64,000 bases of DNA, from assembly GCF_011386835.1 (NCBI RefSeq), contig NC_088794.1, positions 90,892,001-90,956,000 on the forward strand, written 5' to 3'. Source of the stretch: Chrysemys picta bellii. Taxonomy: Eukaryota. Positions 49,591-61,637 of this stretch are shown here, piece by piece (position 1 is the stretch's first letter; each line of letters begins with the position of its first letter). A program made the position numbers and the translations under genes. Below the pieces are notes generated by a model. It did not search any database. It had not been told where the DNA came from and saw only the letters and a program-made list of their open reading frames with translations.

Positions 49591-51949
49591 TGTTAAGTGT
49601 AGACCAAGCCATAAGGTCACCCTCATCAAGAGAGACTAGAGGAAATGTGATTTTCTCCATTTTTCAGTTTGATTGCTGCATGCTTTTGACAGCTCTTTGC
49701 ATATAGTCAGTTTCAGCTGTACAGTCTTACCTGGATTTCCCTGCTGTTGTGCCAGTCTTTCCACACTGCAGCAGGTAAGAGAGAAGTACATACAAAATAA
49801 AAAATGTGATTTTTAAAAATACAAAGTGTGTAAGGAAAGTGTGGTGCCTGACACTCTTTTTCACCCTTCTTGTGAAACTAAGTTTTAAGTTTATTATGTC
49901 CCTTTACCCGGGTTCTGCTCCTCTCCATGTTCCATTACTCCTGACATCCCAGAAATCTCACAGCAGAAAAGAACCATAGATCTGTTCATACTGTTGACAG
50001 AGCCCCCCAAATAGAAGCCACACATGGAAAGGTCTGAGCTAAATTTCAGTTATGAACTTGTCTACAAACTAAAATACAGAACTACAGCTCAAACCTCTGA
50101 ATTCCAGAAATTTTTAAACCGCAAAAGCCACACACACATCTGATGAGCTGTTTTAGTCCCAATCTATCTACTTTTTTTAAAGTATTCTTACTGTTCTTTG
50201 GTAAAGGATCCTGTAACCTCACTAGATTCAGTGATTCAGCTCAGTTTCAATTCTGATCCAAGCCACATGGTTTTGCATAGTTAGGATGAAGATTTCATAT
50301 GACCATAACACTCATAGATTTCTGATAATTTTGGGTTCCAGAAAGTCCAGACATCTCATAAAAGCAATTGCTCTCACAGTATTTTGGCATTTCCACTTCT
50401 GTATGCAACCTGCAAGTGCAGAGGTGAACAAAAGTGGGGGGGGGGAGAGGGGATCAGGGAAGAATTCTCACTCTTGAGATATTTCTCACCCAAAAATGGT
50501 TCAATTCTGGTCAGTGTTCAGGTTGCTTCTTATTTAATCTGAATTTATTTGCTCCTCCCTCATTCTGTAAAGGTTTTATTAACTTGGAAGTGTATCAACT
50601 GTTTTTTTAACTAAGAGTTATGTAACTATTTAAATATAATTCTTGTCCAACATACTATGGCACAAGTGATGAGTGAATGGGGAGTTAAGCATGACCTGTC
50701 ATAGGACAGAACAACAGTCCTTGGTGAAGGTTTGCCCAGATCTTAACTTTTATGCTTTTCCTACCAGGTTCATGGACATCTAGGGAGAATCCTTATCTGT
50801 GTATGATAAAGTGAAAGTCAAATGGGAATTATATGGAGCCTCCCTATAACAGAAATAGAAGAAAGGCTTGTAACTAAAGTTACTGAGGAAAGCAAGGTCT
50901 TCTGACTGGGAGTCAGTGTCCCTGCTGGCTTTGATTCCTGGGCAAATCATGCAACCTACCTCTGCTTTATTTTTCTTTATGTAAGTGGGGATAATACCTA
51001 CACACATACCTCTCTGCAAAGCAGTTGGATATCCTGGGGTAAGAAGCATTATTGACAAGTAAAATACAGTACAATTATTGTGAAGTAGGAGGAGTCTCAA
51101 TTCAAAGGAGTTTCGAGATCTTTGCGTATGGCTCCCAAATCATGCCTCTGATGTGTTGGCTTTTTGCCATGTCTTGATGTAAAGTAGAAGAGAAACAGAG
51201 AGAAAGCAGGAACCCAAGGGAAAGAAATGTCGTGCCGTGAAATTAGCATCTGTGTTTTCAGGGTTTATTTAAAAGTGTTTAAAAAAAACTTACTCAGACA
51301 TTTACAACAATTAGTAGTCCCTGATAGTACACAGAGGGGCTGTTAGGGTTATTGTGTGAATGGTCCTCAGATAATAGGATTTCTGAATCAAACAGTCACT
51401 TTCAATTCAAGACAAGGTGCTTCAAGGACGTGTGGAAAGGGTTTGGACATTTTCACCAACCTCTAGCCTCCTCCCAAGTGCCTCAGAGCTTGTAATCTAC
51501 ATATCCATTGTGGGGGTACTTACAAGGAAGGGACCCAGAACTCTTTGAATGACAGAATCCCATACATAATCACTAGTTAAAATAGAAAGAAAATACTTGG
51601 TTGGGCTATGATAAAAGTCTTGGAGATGCTATCAAGAATAACAGGCCCCAGAGGAGAGTTTTCCTTTGAATACAAATATGCCCCAGATAATGGAAACCTC
51701 TCTCTTTCCCCCACCCCTACAATCTCTCTCAAAAATGGTCTGACAGTCTTAAAATCCCACGAACTAAATTCTCATCCACTTCAGTTCTCTGCTAGCTCCC
51801 AACAAGGGAGCCCATGAAGCCCAGCAGTCCATCACCTGCATACTTCCCTACATCCTTGTTTCAACTTCTATAGAAATGTTTTGGGACTGGGGGAGAGGCA
51901 GCACAAAAGCGGTTCTCATAATCCCAGATGGGCGAGCCTATCCAGAAAA

Positions 51950-52410
51950 CAAAAGGAATCCATGTAACCCATAAGACGTGAGTTGGGGATTGAAGTTCAC
52001 TTTGTAATTGACAAGTTTCCACATAACTAGCACTACCATCACCAGCAGCACACCTAGAAAAACAATGAATGTGTTTGAAGACCAAACTTTTCTCTAGGGC
52101 CTCATCTACACAAGGAAATTGTACCAAGTAAACTAAATCAGTTTGGATAAATTGGTGCAATTCCCTTGTGGGAACACTTATTTTGGTTTAGAGGTGCCCT
52201 CTATCAATTTAGCTTACATTAATTCCTTACCCATCCACTTTCTAAACCAGTGTAGAGAAAGCTATATAATTCTCCTAGGTTCTTATGGAAGCATGCTGTT
52301 GGAATAGATATAAGGAAGCTTGCACTCCCACTGACCATGTTGTACAGGGTCTTTGGATAGAGAACTTCAGTCTCCAGGTCTGGAAATCCAGAAACTTTCA
52401 GCAGAACCAG
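51950..52410 (+). mobile_element. LF-SINE remnant split by a Harbinger-type MITE (52097-52263)
   Basis: The 3' part ggaagcttgcactcccactgaccatgttgtac...gagaacttcagtctccagg resembles the LF-SINE tail. MITE ends are gggcctcatctacac / gtgtagagaaagc. Confidence 0.5.
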
Positions 52411-55400
52411 CGTCACTGAAATTTGTTTTAATAAACTGGGATGAAAAAAAACAAAAAACCACTTGCTGTACATCTTAAATGAAGTGTGTGATCTGAATTA
52501 TCCTAATGAAGCCCTGCCTTTGATATGTAGAATGTTTTCAGTACCACAGCATATCAGAGATTATAAAGCTTCAATCCATTATTGGTCTCACTGGGCCAAA
52601 TTCATTCTTGATGGTACTTCAAGAGTGATTGTTTCCTTGGAAAAATGTAGAAGTAAATGTTAAAACAAAAAAAGTGTCAGGAGTGGCTTCTAGACGGAAG
52701 CTGCAAAGGCAATAAGAGTAGTTAAATTGGCAGCTAACCTTGGAAGGAAAATAAGTGTTGAGATCTCAGTATTTGTTTTGCAGAAGGCCAGAGCTACAGA
52801 AAAGCTGCACACGTTTATCAGCACTGGGAGCACACCAGGTAAAAACCTTTTCTCAGCATATACAAACTGTGAAGTGAACTTGAAAATAAAGTTCTTGGGC
52901 CTTATAAAAAAGCACTGCATTTTTCAGTATGTTTAAATGGATGGAATAATATCAGCATTACAAGTGACTGAGACAGAGCTAAGAGTAGTTTTTGCGTTTG
53001 GTGTGAATGCCATGATGTTGGTGGCCATTCTTATCCCTCGTGGGAGTGTGTTCCATAGTTGAGGTGTGGCTCCCACTATAGTTCAGCCTCTCTGTATTGA
53101 CCAGTAGTTTCATTGTTCCATTGGAAAGCCCTGTCAAGGAAGGTTATGGGGGCAGAGATAAAGGTAGGCCAATCATGTGGAGAGCTTTGAATTCAACAAT
53201 AGCCCATCAACACCTTAATTAGTTTCCGCTATGAAGTATGAAAAGGGACCTTGAGTAGCTCACCAGCCTCATTCTCTCTGCTCACCTATTCTCATGAGCT
53301 GGCTTGCTCATCAGCAAGAAACTGCTCTGCCATTCATGCCAGGACATCCCCAGGCTCTGGCATAGGCATATATTGTTTCCTCACTGATGCTTCCTGGGCT
53401 GACGGAGAGAATAGAACTGGACAACTAGGGGAGGTGGTTCCCACTCAGACGGCTGTCTGGGGGATAAAGGGTCATGGAGACCATCCACAGGAGAAGCAGG
53501 GCAGGGTTAACCAACTACAAGAAGAGGTTCCAGGCCAGTCCCTAGAAGCTGCAGACCTTTCCTAATACAGTCCCCACCAGCAGCCTTAGCAAAAGTATTG
53601 AGATTAGCCAGTGGCAGGTTACATCCTGCTGGGAACACAAGCCAGTTTCCTAAGGGTTAAAATGTAAATATTTAAACAAAATGTTTCACATTTAACTTCT
53701 TTGGCCAGCCTACTGCTGTGCCCTGCCATCCAGGAAAGCCAGATTAGATTCCTGTCCCAGTTTTTCTACTCCCTGGAGTAGCAGGCTAATTAAAGAGTCC
53801 TTTTCAGTCCTCCTTGGCTAAACACATATCAAGGAGAGAGACTCAGGGTGATCGACAGACCCTCACTGCTGGCTGATGCACAGAGCAGCTCTCCTACTGC
53901 ATCACATCACCATTGCTTTTCAGATGAGATGCAAGGAGCCCGATTCCCCTCTCACCCACATGTAAATAAAGAGTTTCTCCACTGAAGCTACTGACTGGGG
54001 ACTATACTGTATATTGTTATACAGTGGTGTAAAACAAAAGTAAGGGGAGAATCAAGCCTACAATGTTGCCAAGTGAACCTTAAGCATTGTAAGAAACAGG
54101 ATTAAAAAAAATCACAGGAATCTCACACACACAGAGGACCAAAATTCCACGTTCAGTAACTTTGACATTGATGGAGGATAAACCTCTTTAACTGAGAGGA
54201 AACTATGTCTCAGTTTCTACAACAAACATGACATTGGGAGAGGGAGGACACCTTTAGATCCAAACTGGTTCAAGACATCTGCAAATTAAAATATAATGCA
54301 TTGTCCTACTGGTACCACACAATGCCAAATAGACTTTGGGGAAAACTTGGTGTATTGCTATCTAGGTTACAAAGCACAGGTGGTTAGTGACCATTATTGG
54401 GAGTGGAAGGGAGGCCTTATATATAAGGGTTAAAAACAATCCATTTGCACGTTTGCCCGAGATGACTGGGAAAGATGCCTAGAGTTATAGTCCTTGTTGA
54501 TTAGAAGTTCCTGGAACAGAGAAACTGTTTGCTTGATGATGCTATTGCTCTCTGCTAGGGACTATATATAATTGATACTCAAGCCAGCCTTCTCTCTCTC
54601 TCACACACACACTTACACACACACACCATGTGAGCCACTGATTTTACTTCTACCTCATCCCCAACCTTAATTCCCAGGCACACTTTTACATTTGAGCCCC
54701 AGTGATAGACATAAGAAATTACAGTTAATTTCTGGTAGCATTTTCCTGTTTAAGTTTGGACCCAACAGCCACTGCATCCAGCAACTGAGATTGGGTTTGA
54801 TCTAAACAATGCTTTCTACAAAACAACAACTTGAAACATGTGTCATTGGGACAGCCAAGGCCTCTAAGGACTCACCTGAGAAGCTGACCATGATGTCATA
54901 CATGGTACTAGCATCCCAGAGGAGGAACTATTGAAGGAGCACATGGAACCATTGTGCTTCTTCTCCCACAACATAGGACTGTGGCAATTCCCTGATTAAG
55001 AATGAAGAGAGATTGTCTCTATGCAAATATTTGAAAAGTGCCCTACATCTGCTCAAACTGAGACTCTCAGGTGTTTATACCTCTCCGCTGTGAAGAGATA
55101 CAAGGATGGGGTGGGGGAAGAATCTCTATAAACTACTACACCCCACCTTTCTGTTCTCATTTCCACTCCAGGGGGAGAGTCATACCCTGAAGCTAGTCTT
55201 TCCACGGATGTACTAGCCATCATGCTGAAAAATTCAGTTTGGTGTGAAGACGATGCAATTCCTTTTGTCACTAGAGCTTGGTGGGTTTTCAGAAGGACAC
55301 ACCCTCTTGCTCCCCTTGGATTGCTACATTTATACAGTGCACAGGTGTGCATGGCACATTACAGCTAATAAAATAGGCAAGTCCCTGCCCTAAGAAATTT

Positions 55401-57204
55401 ACTATCTAAATAGATATAACAGTAAGAATTGGCCAAAAGAGGGGGGGCAGTGGGAGAAAACATGGGACTTCAAAAGCACCCGAATTTGGTCCAGCATTCT
55501 TATGAATGCCAATGTGGAGACCAGCAGAGAAAAGCTAACCAAAAGAAAGGAAGATTGAAAGAGGTTTAAAGGAGGGGAGTTAGGTATCATGGCACACAGG
55601 GTCTAGGAGGTTAAGCAATAGGAAAATGCCCAGTCACTTATGGGAAACTAAAGGAGCAACAAGGAAAGCTGAATTAGAAGACCACAAGGCACTAATGACA
55701 GAGCAGGAGGCAATCAGAGACAAGAGGTCAAATTCTGTTTCTAATCACACCAGTATAAATGCACTGATTTCAGTGGAGTTACACCAGTGGGAGGGCCAGG
55801 GTAGAGTTGTGCAGGGTTTTGAAAGTGAGAATGAGGCATCTGAATCTGATATAGAAGGAGATTGGAAGCCAGTGCTGGGAATCCAGGAGGGGGGAGCATG
55901 ATACATAGTTGGTTCGAACAATGGGGAGGAAGGAGTGTTGGCAGCCTTGAGAGGTGCCACAAAAGAGAGGGAGAGGCCAGGATCAGCTTTAGAGCTAAAG
56001 TTGAGGTTAAATGAAAATTTTAATATGGACTTTGAAGCAGAAAACAAAATAGGGAAGAAAAATGCACTATTTTAACGAGACTAAAATGATCTGACTATCT
56101 GTAAGGTGTCAGCCTTTCCTCTTGAAAGAGAATGTAAATATAGCGGCAAAAGGGAATGTTTACAAATGCAATTGTGTTGTGCGTAGAGGAATGCAAAATA
56201 ATTTAACTGACAACAATGTAAAGGAAAATTCCCCAGATGGGAGGGGAAATGTCATACCAAAGATCCTGGGAACAGGTGGAGAGGGGCAAAAAACCCAGCA
56301 ACGGGAAATATAATCCTAATAGGATCTTAAAAATCATAAACAGAAGATAATAATCAGCTATGTGTTCTCTTCTCCAAAGAGACCAGAGGGAGTTTCCATG
56401 ATACAGTGGCGGCATCAGGGAAGAGACCTCAGCTGCATCAAGAATCACCATGGGAATTAGCACCATCTGCTACCCAAATCGAGGAAGGAGGAGCGAAGGG
56501 GAAAATAAAGCACACACTGAAACTTGCTAATAGAAGCCACAGTTCTACAGAGTGAGAGCTGCTCTTGAGAGGCCATCAATGCGGTGACAAGAAAATGGGC
56601 AAGCACAGGATTGCTTCAAACATGGAGAACTGAGTTGATACAAATCCTGAATTAAAAACCAATCTTCATGGAAACAGTCTGTGAAGAGAATGGGCCAGTT
56701 TCTCTGCTGGTGTACATTGGCTCAGCTCCATTAAAGTCCATGGAACTACCAAGATTTAGTACAAGTGAGAATCTGACCCGATGATTTTGTTTCCCTGTAT
56801 TGCTGCGTTATGAATTTGGCAGGATGAAGTTATTTTTAAAGGGTCTAGTCAGCAATAGCACTATTGCAGAGGTTCTCCAGTCTATGTAGGTGTCATATGA
56901 ACCACAGGTGCCAGAAAATCAGGACCTCTGGTTCACGTGTCATTTAACGGAAATAGCACAACACAAACATGTAGAGTCAAATTTTACTGGCCTTGCTCAT
57001 GTGAGTAGTCACAATGATATCAAAAGGAGTGAGGACCACCCCAGCTCCCACTCCAACATACTAGCCTTGCTCTCCCAAGTAGTTCAATTGACTTTAATAG
57101 AACTATTCACATGAGTAAGGTGACCAAGACTTGCCTCTTATTTCTGAACTTGCTGATGTCACTATACAAAGTGCAACCATTAAAAACCATCAGTCCAGCA
57201 ATAT

Positions 57205-57690
57205 AATGTACTCCTGGGGGAATACTGCACCACTGCGCAATGCAGAATTTTGCAGAAATTAATGTTGTGCACGCAGAATTTCCTTTTCCCCACAGAAATG
57301 GGCTGCAGTGCTGCTATCCGCCACTAGGGGCCACTGGACTTAGCAGAAGACACTGCTGGGGGGAGGGAGCTAGAGGGTTCCTGACAGCTGCAGTTCCCAG
57401 CATGCCCTGAGGGAAGGAGAGGACGGCATGCAGGAACTCCGTGCAAGCCTGGGATCAAGCATCAAGTTGTTTCTCCCTCTGGATCCCTGGGGAGGGAGGG
57501 GGACAGGTGTATGGGCTGAGGAGGCCCTGCGGTTGGGCTCTGGGGAGGAGGAGGTTTGGATGCATTGACAGGGGGGTCCGCAGGTGGGCTCTGGGGGGGA
57601 GGAGTTGTGGGTGTCTGGCACTCACTGCTCTGGTCACATTTGTGAACTCTCCTGCCCAGCAGTCATGGAGACTGGAAGGTCCCCCACCCA
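57205..57690. mobile_element. Turtle interspersed repeat, probably DNA-transposon derived
   Basis: tactcctgggggaatactgcaccactgcgc...gcagaattttgcagaaatt start and a G-rich interior. TIR/TSD not resolved. Confidence 0.35.
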
Positions 57691-57770
57691 TTTAAAGCAC
57701 CAAGAATTTTTGAAATGTCTTTTCTTGATTATCCAGCCTGGCAAGCACACCTAGCAGCTCCCTAGTATTG

Positions 57771-59530
57771 TGTGCAACTGAGCCAGCTGACCATGCTGGC
57801 TACACATTCCAGGCACGCTCCAGCTTGGATTAGATAGGAGATATTGAATCTCCTGGGCCTGGGGGGAGAAGATGCTGTGCAGGCACAGCTACGGACCAGC
57901 CTTAGAAATGTGGATATCTACAAGCAGATTGCACAGGGGATGCAGAAGGGGAATGACAGGGATCAGCAGCAGTGCTGTGTGAAAGTGAAGGAAGTACCCC
58001 AGACATATCAGAAGGCCAGGGAGACCAATAGTCAATCCAGTACTGAGCTGCAGACCTGCCACTTTTACAAAGATCTGCATGCCATACTTGGAGGCGATCC
58101 CCCCACACCTTGCAGACCACCACTGATCCCTCTGAGTAGCCTGAGCTACAGGCCCCTCGTATGAACAATGAAGAGATGGAGGAGGATGGGGGACATCCTG
58201 CAACTGGGCGGCAGGAAGGTGTGCCACGAGCCAGGGTCTGCCTGAGTCTCCACTGCAGTCCAGGCAGTCAAGCCCAATGTAGAGGAAGGAACCTCGGGTA
58301 AGTGTGTAATTCTGTTTCCCATTACAGTGATTTACTGATGGCTCCCCCAACTTAACAGTACACAGCTATTGACTTTTCATTAAGTTACTTGTACTAGAAA
58401 AGGGAGCAGTACAGCAAAGAAAGGTATTGTTGTTATCTGCTTTTGATTCCCCTATAGAGTTAGGCTGGGGAGAGGGGGGGGCAGGCAGAGCAGTTTGTTT
58501 ATGAGCAGTCTCCTGAATCCTCCTGAGACAGCTCAATGAAACTTTAATGTATGTACTCAGCAGTCCTCTCCTGAAGGTTTCTAGGGGTGGCAGCCTTATT
58601 TCCCCTTCTGCGGTAGGACACTTTCCTGCACCAGTCGGCAATAACTTTGGCAGGCACCATTGCAGTACAGAGGCTAGCAGCATATGGGCCCAGGCTGCTT
58701 CAGGATGCCAGAAGCAGCTGTGCTCTCTCTGCTTCTGTTACCCTCAGGAGTGAGGGATCAGCTGAAATCACCACCGCCTGTGGAAAATGGTGCCAGTATT
58801 CAGTGGCCATTGCCCTATGCTCATAGTTTCATGCAACCGAGTGATTCCCTCCTCATTTCCCTCATCCATGGTGGGCCATACTCCCCATTATTAATGGGAG
58901 TGAGGCCGTGCACAGGCACTCGGAAGAAGAAGTGTCAGTAAGCACGTCTTGTTTTAAAAACTTTAGGGAAAGAAGGGAAGGGAGTTTTAAATCTTAACTT
59001 TTGCTTTCCATTGTGACTATACTGACAATGGTACTTCTGTGTTTTATCTGCAGCTGCTGCCATTGCAACCTTGAGGGGTTCCTCTCCACAGCCGTGGAAT
59101 GGCTGAGCCAGATAAGGAGGAGAAAGAAGAGGACTTAGGATGACATGTTTGATGAGATCCTGCAAGCCAGTGCTGCATCAGAACATGAGCAAAGGGCCTG
59201 GAGGGTCAACACATCAGACAGCCTAGAGAAGAAAAGAGTGGAAAGGAGAAAGACCCAGCAGGAAAATGGAGGGAGATGCATCAGGACATAATAATAGGGC
59301 TTCTCCAGCAGCAAATACAGATGCTGCAAACTCTTGTGGACCTACAGGTTCAACAATCCCAGGTTCACCTCCCTCTGCAGTCCACAGAGAACTCCATTTC
59401 AGCACCTCCCTCCACCCCCCCCCCCCCATGTACAACATTCCACATAACATCAGTGGCATGCTGCCCCACCCCTACCACTCCACCCCGGGGGACATTAGAC
59501 AGTCACAGCTTCACATACACTGACCTGTGA
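57771..59530 (+). pseudogene. Harbinger Myb/SANT (trihelix) DNA-binding protein remnant, spliced
   Basis: LLGLGGEDAVQAQLRTSLRNVDIYKQIAQGMQKGNDRDQQQCCVKVKE...YQKARETNS...CHFYKDLHAILGGDP. Donor g|gtaagt at 58298 and acceptor tatctgcag| at 59053, followed by ARIRRRKKRT*DDMFDEILQAS. Confidence 0.8.
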
Positions 59531-59602
59531 AAGCTACGGTTGGTGTATGTGTAGCTGAAATTGGCATGAATGTTATAATAATAATTTTAGAAATAGAATA
59601 TA

Positions 59603-59784
59603 TGGAGATATACCCATCTCCTAGAACTGGAAGGGACCCTGAAAGGTCATTGAGTCAAGCCCCCTGCCTTCACTAGCAGGACCAAGTGCTGATTTTTCCC
59701 CAGCCCGGGGTGGCCCTCTCAAGGGCTGAACTCACAACCTGGAGTTTAGCAGGCCAATGCTCAAACCACTAAGCTATCCCTCTC
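59603..59784 (-). mobile_element. Tortoise-type PolIII SINE (nested in Harbinger)
   Basis: ggagatatacccatctcctagaactggaagggacc...ggccaatgctcaaaccactaagctatccct. Confidence 0.9.
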
Positions 59785-60146
59785 TCCTATAGTCTTTCCC
59801 CTTCATAAGTTTTGTCTATTAATTTATTAAGTTTTTAATGTGTTTGCTTTTAAATTGCACAGATTTTTTCCCCCACTATTACAGAATAAAAATCTGGAAC
59901 ATATTTAATCTTCATTAGTTCACAATATATGCTGCAGAGTGCCTAGCAATTCTGAAAGCAACCAATTACTTGTTACTGTACAGCATAACTCATAGGATCA
60001 GTGACAATGAGTGTTATAATCATCAATGTACAGCAAGCACCACAAAAACAGATGCATTGACCATGTAATATTCATAGAAGTACACCAAGCACCACACAAT
60101 TCCTAACAGGCCCCAAAAACAGCAGGGCCAGGTACAGCACAGTACA

Positions 60147-60386
60147 CAGGGCCGGCTCCAGGCACCAGCTTAACAAGCAGGTGCTTGGGGCGGCCAAGGG
60201 AGAGGGGCGGCACCTGTGGCAATTCGGGGGCGGCAGGTCCCTCACTCCCTCTAGGAGCGAAGGACCTGCCGCTGAACTGCTACCGCCGATCGTGGCTTTT
60301 TTTTTTTTTTTCCCAATTGTCGCCGCCAATCGCGATCGCAGCTTTTTTTTTTGCTTGGGGCGGCAGAAATGCTGGAGCCGGCCCTG
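60147..60386. mobile_element. hAT MITE, CAGGGCCGGCTCCAGG family (copy 4, nested in Harbinger)
   Basis: TIR cagggccggctccag / ctggagccggccctg; perfect TSD acagtaca (60139-60146, 60387-60394). Confidence 0.92.
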
Positions 60387-61442
60387 ACAGTACACCACAA
60401 TGCATTACTGTGGCTCACTGTTAGGGAGGCTTTGAAAGAGCCCTCTAAGCCACATAGCTCTGCGTTCTGCTCTTCTAATAGCCTTTGGGTCTGGCTGTTC
60501 AAATTCACCAGGCACCCACTCCACCACCACCCTCCATCCCAGTGGCAATCTTTCCCCCTATGCTTCACAAATACTATGCAGAACACAGCAGGCAGTATTT
60601 AACCATTGGTATTTTTTTCCACTGAGATCCAATCTTGTGTTAGTAAAAAATGCCAGCATCCCTTCAATCTACCAAACGTGCACTCAGCTGTCATTCTGGT
60701 GTTGTTGAGGTGGTTGGTGTACGGCTTCCTGAGCCAGGAGAGCAAGGGGTAGTCTAGGTGCCCCAGGATCACTCCTGGGATTTCAACATTTCCAATGATA
60801 ATCAGGCAGTTGGGGAAAAAGTCCTTGCTTGTAGGTTTCTGAACAGTCCTGTGTTCTTAAAGATCCAAGTGTCATGCACCTTCCCTGATCAGCCAAGACT
60901 GATGTCAATGAAGCATCCTTGGTGATCCACCAATGCTTGCATAACCTTAGAAAAGTAGCCCTTCTCTTGATGTACTCTGGCACGATGGTCTGGTGCCAAA
61001 ATAGGGATACGTATCCCATCTATTGCTCCATCACAGTTCAGGAACCCCATTGCTGCAAATCCATCCATCACGTCCTGCACTTTGCTGAGAGTCAGAGTCT
61101 TGTGTAGCAGGAGACAATTAATGACCGTGAACACTTGCATGACAATGGTCCCTCACCGTGGATTTTCCCACTGACAGCAGCAATCTGGCATTGCAAGTTC
61201 CCACAGTGCAATTGCCACTCGCTTCTCCACTGTTAGTACAGCTCTCAGTTTGGTGTCCCTGCGTTGGATGGCTGCAGTGAGATTGGCACATTGTTCCAGA
61301 AATGTAGCCTTCGACATCCAAAAGTTCTGCAGCCACTGCACATCAACCCAAGCCTGCATTACAATGCGTTCTCACCAGTCCATGCTCATTTCTTGGACCC
61401 AGAAGCGGTGTCCCACCACCTGCAGCTGCTCTGTGAACACCA

Positions 61443-61637
61443 GAGAGTCCTGTGGCACCTTTAAGACTAGCAGATGTATTGGAGCATAAGCTTTCGTGGG
61501 TGAATACCCACTTCATCAGACGCATGTGGGTATTCACCCACGAAAGCTTATGCTCCAATACATCTGTTAGTCTTAAAGGTGCCACAGGACTCTCTGTTGC
61601 TTTTTACAGATCCAGACTAACATGGCTACCCCTCTGA
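61443..61637 (+). mobile_element. Short palindromic Penelope pLTR-derived insertion with 13-bp TSD
   Basis: TSD tctgtgaacacca at 61430-61442 and 61638-61650. 69-bp arms 61443-61511 and 61526-61594 with one mismatch. Confidence 0.92.
61484..61523 (-). ncRNA. Minimal hammerhead ribozyme motif with canonical core CUGAUGA
   Basis: Minus strand: GCGU-CUGAUGA-A-GUGGG(UAUUCA)CCCAC-GAA-AGCU-U-AUGC. Predicted cleavage is between 61488 and 61487. Confidence 0.75.

Noticed and set aside
57844-58164. ZSCAN29/MSANTD-like host gene
   Set aside because: It is frameshifted, paired with a Harbinger transposase remnant and antisense inside a DPF3 intron, so it is a transposon fossil rather than a domesticated gene.
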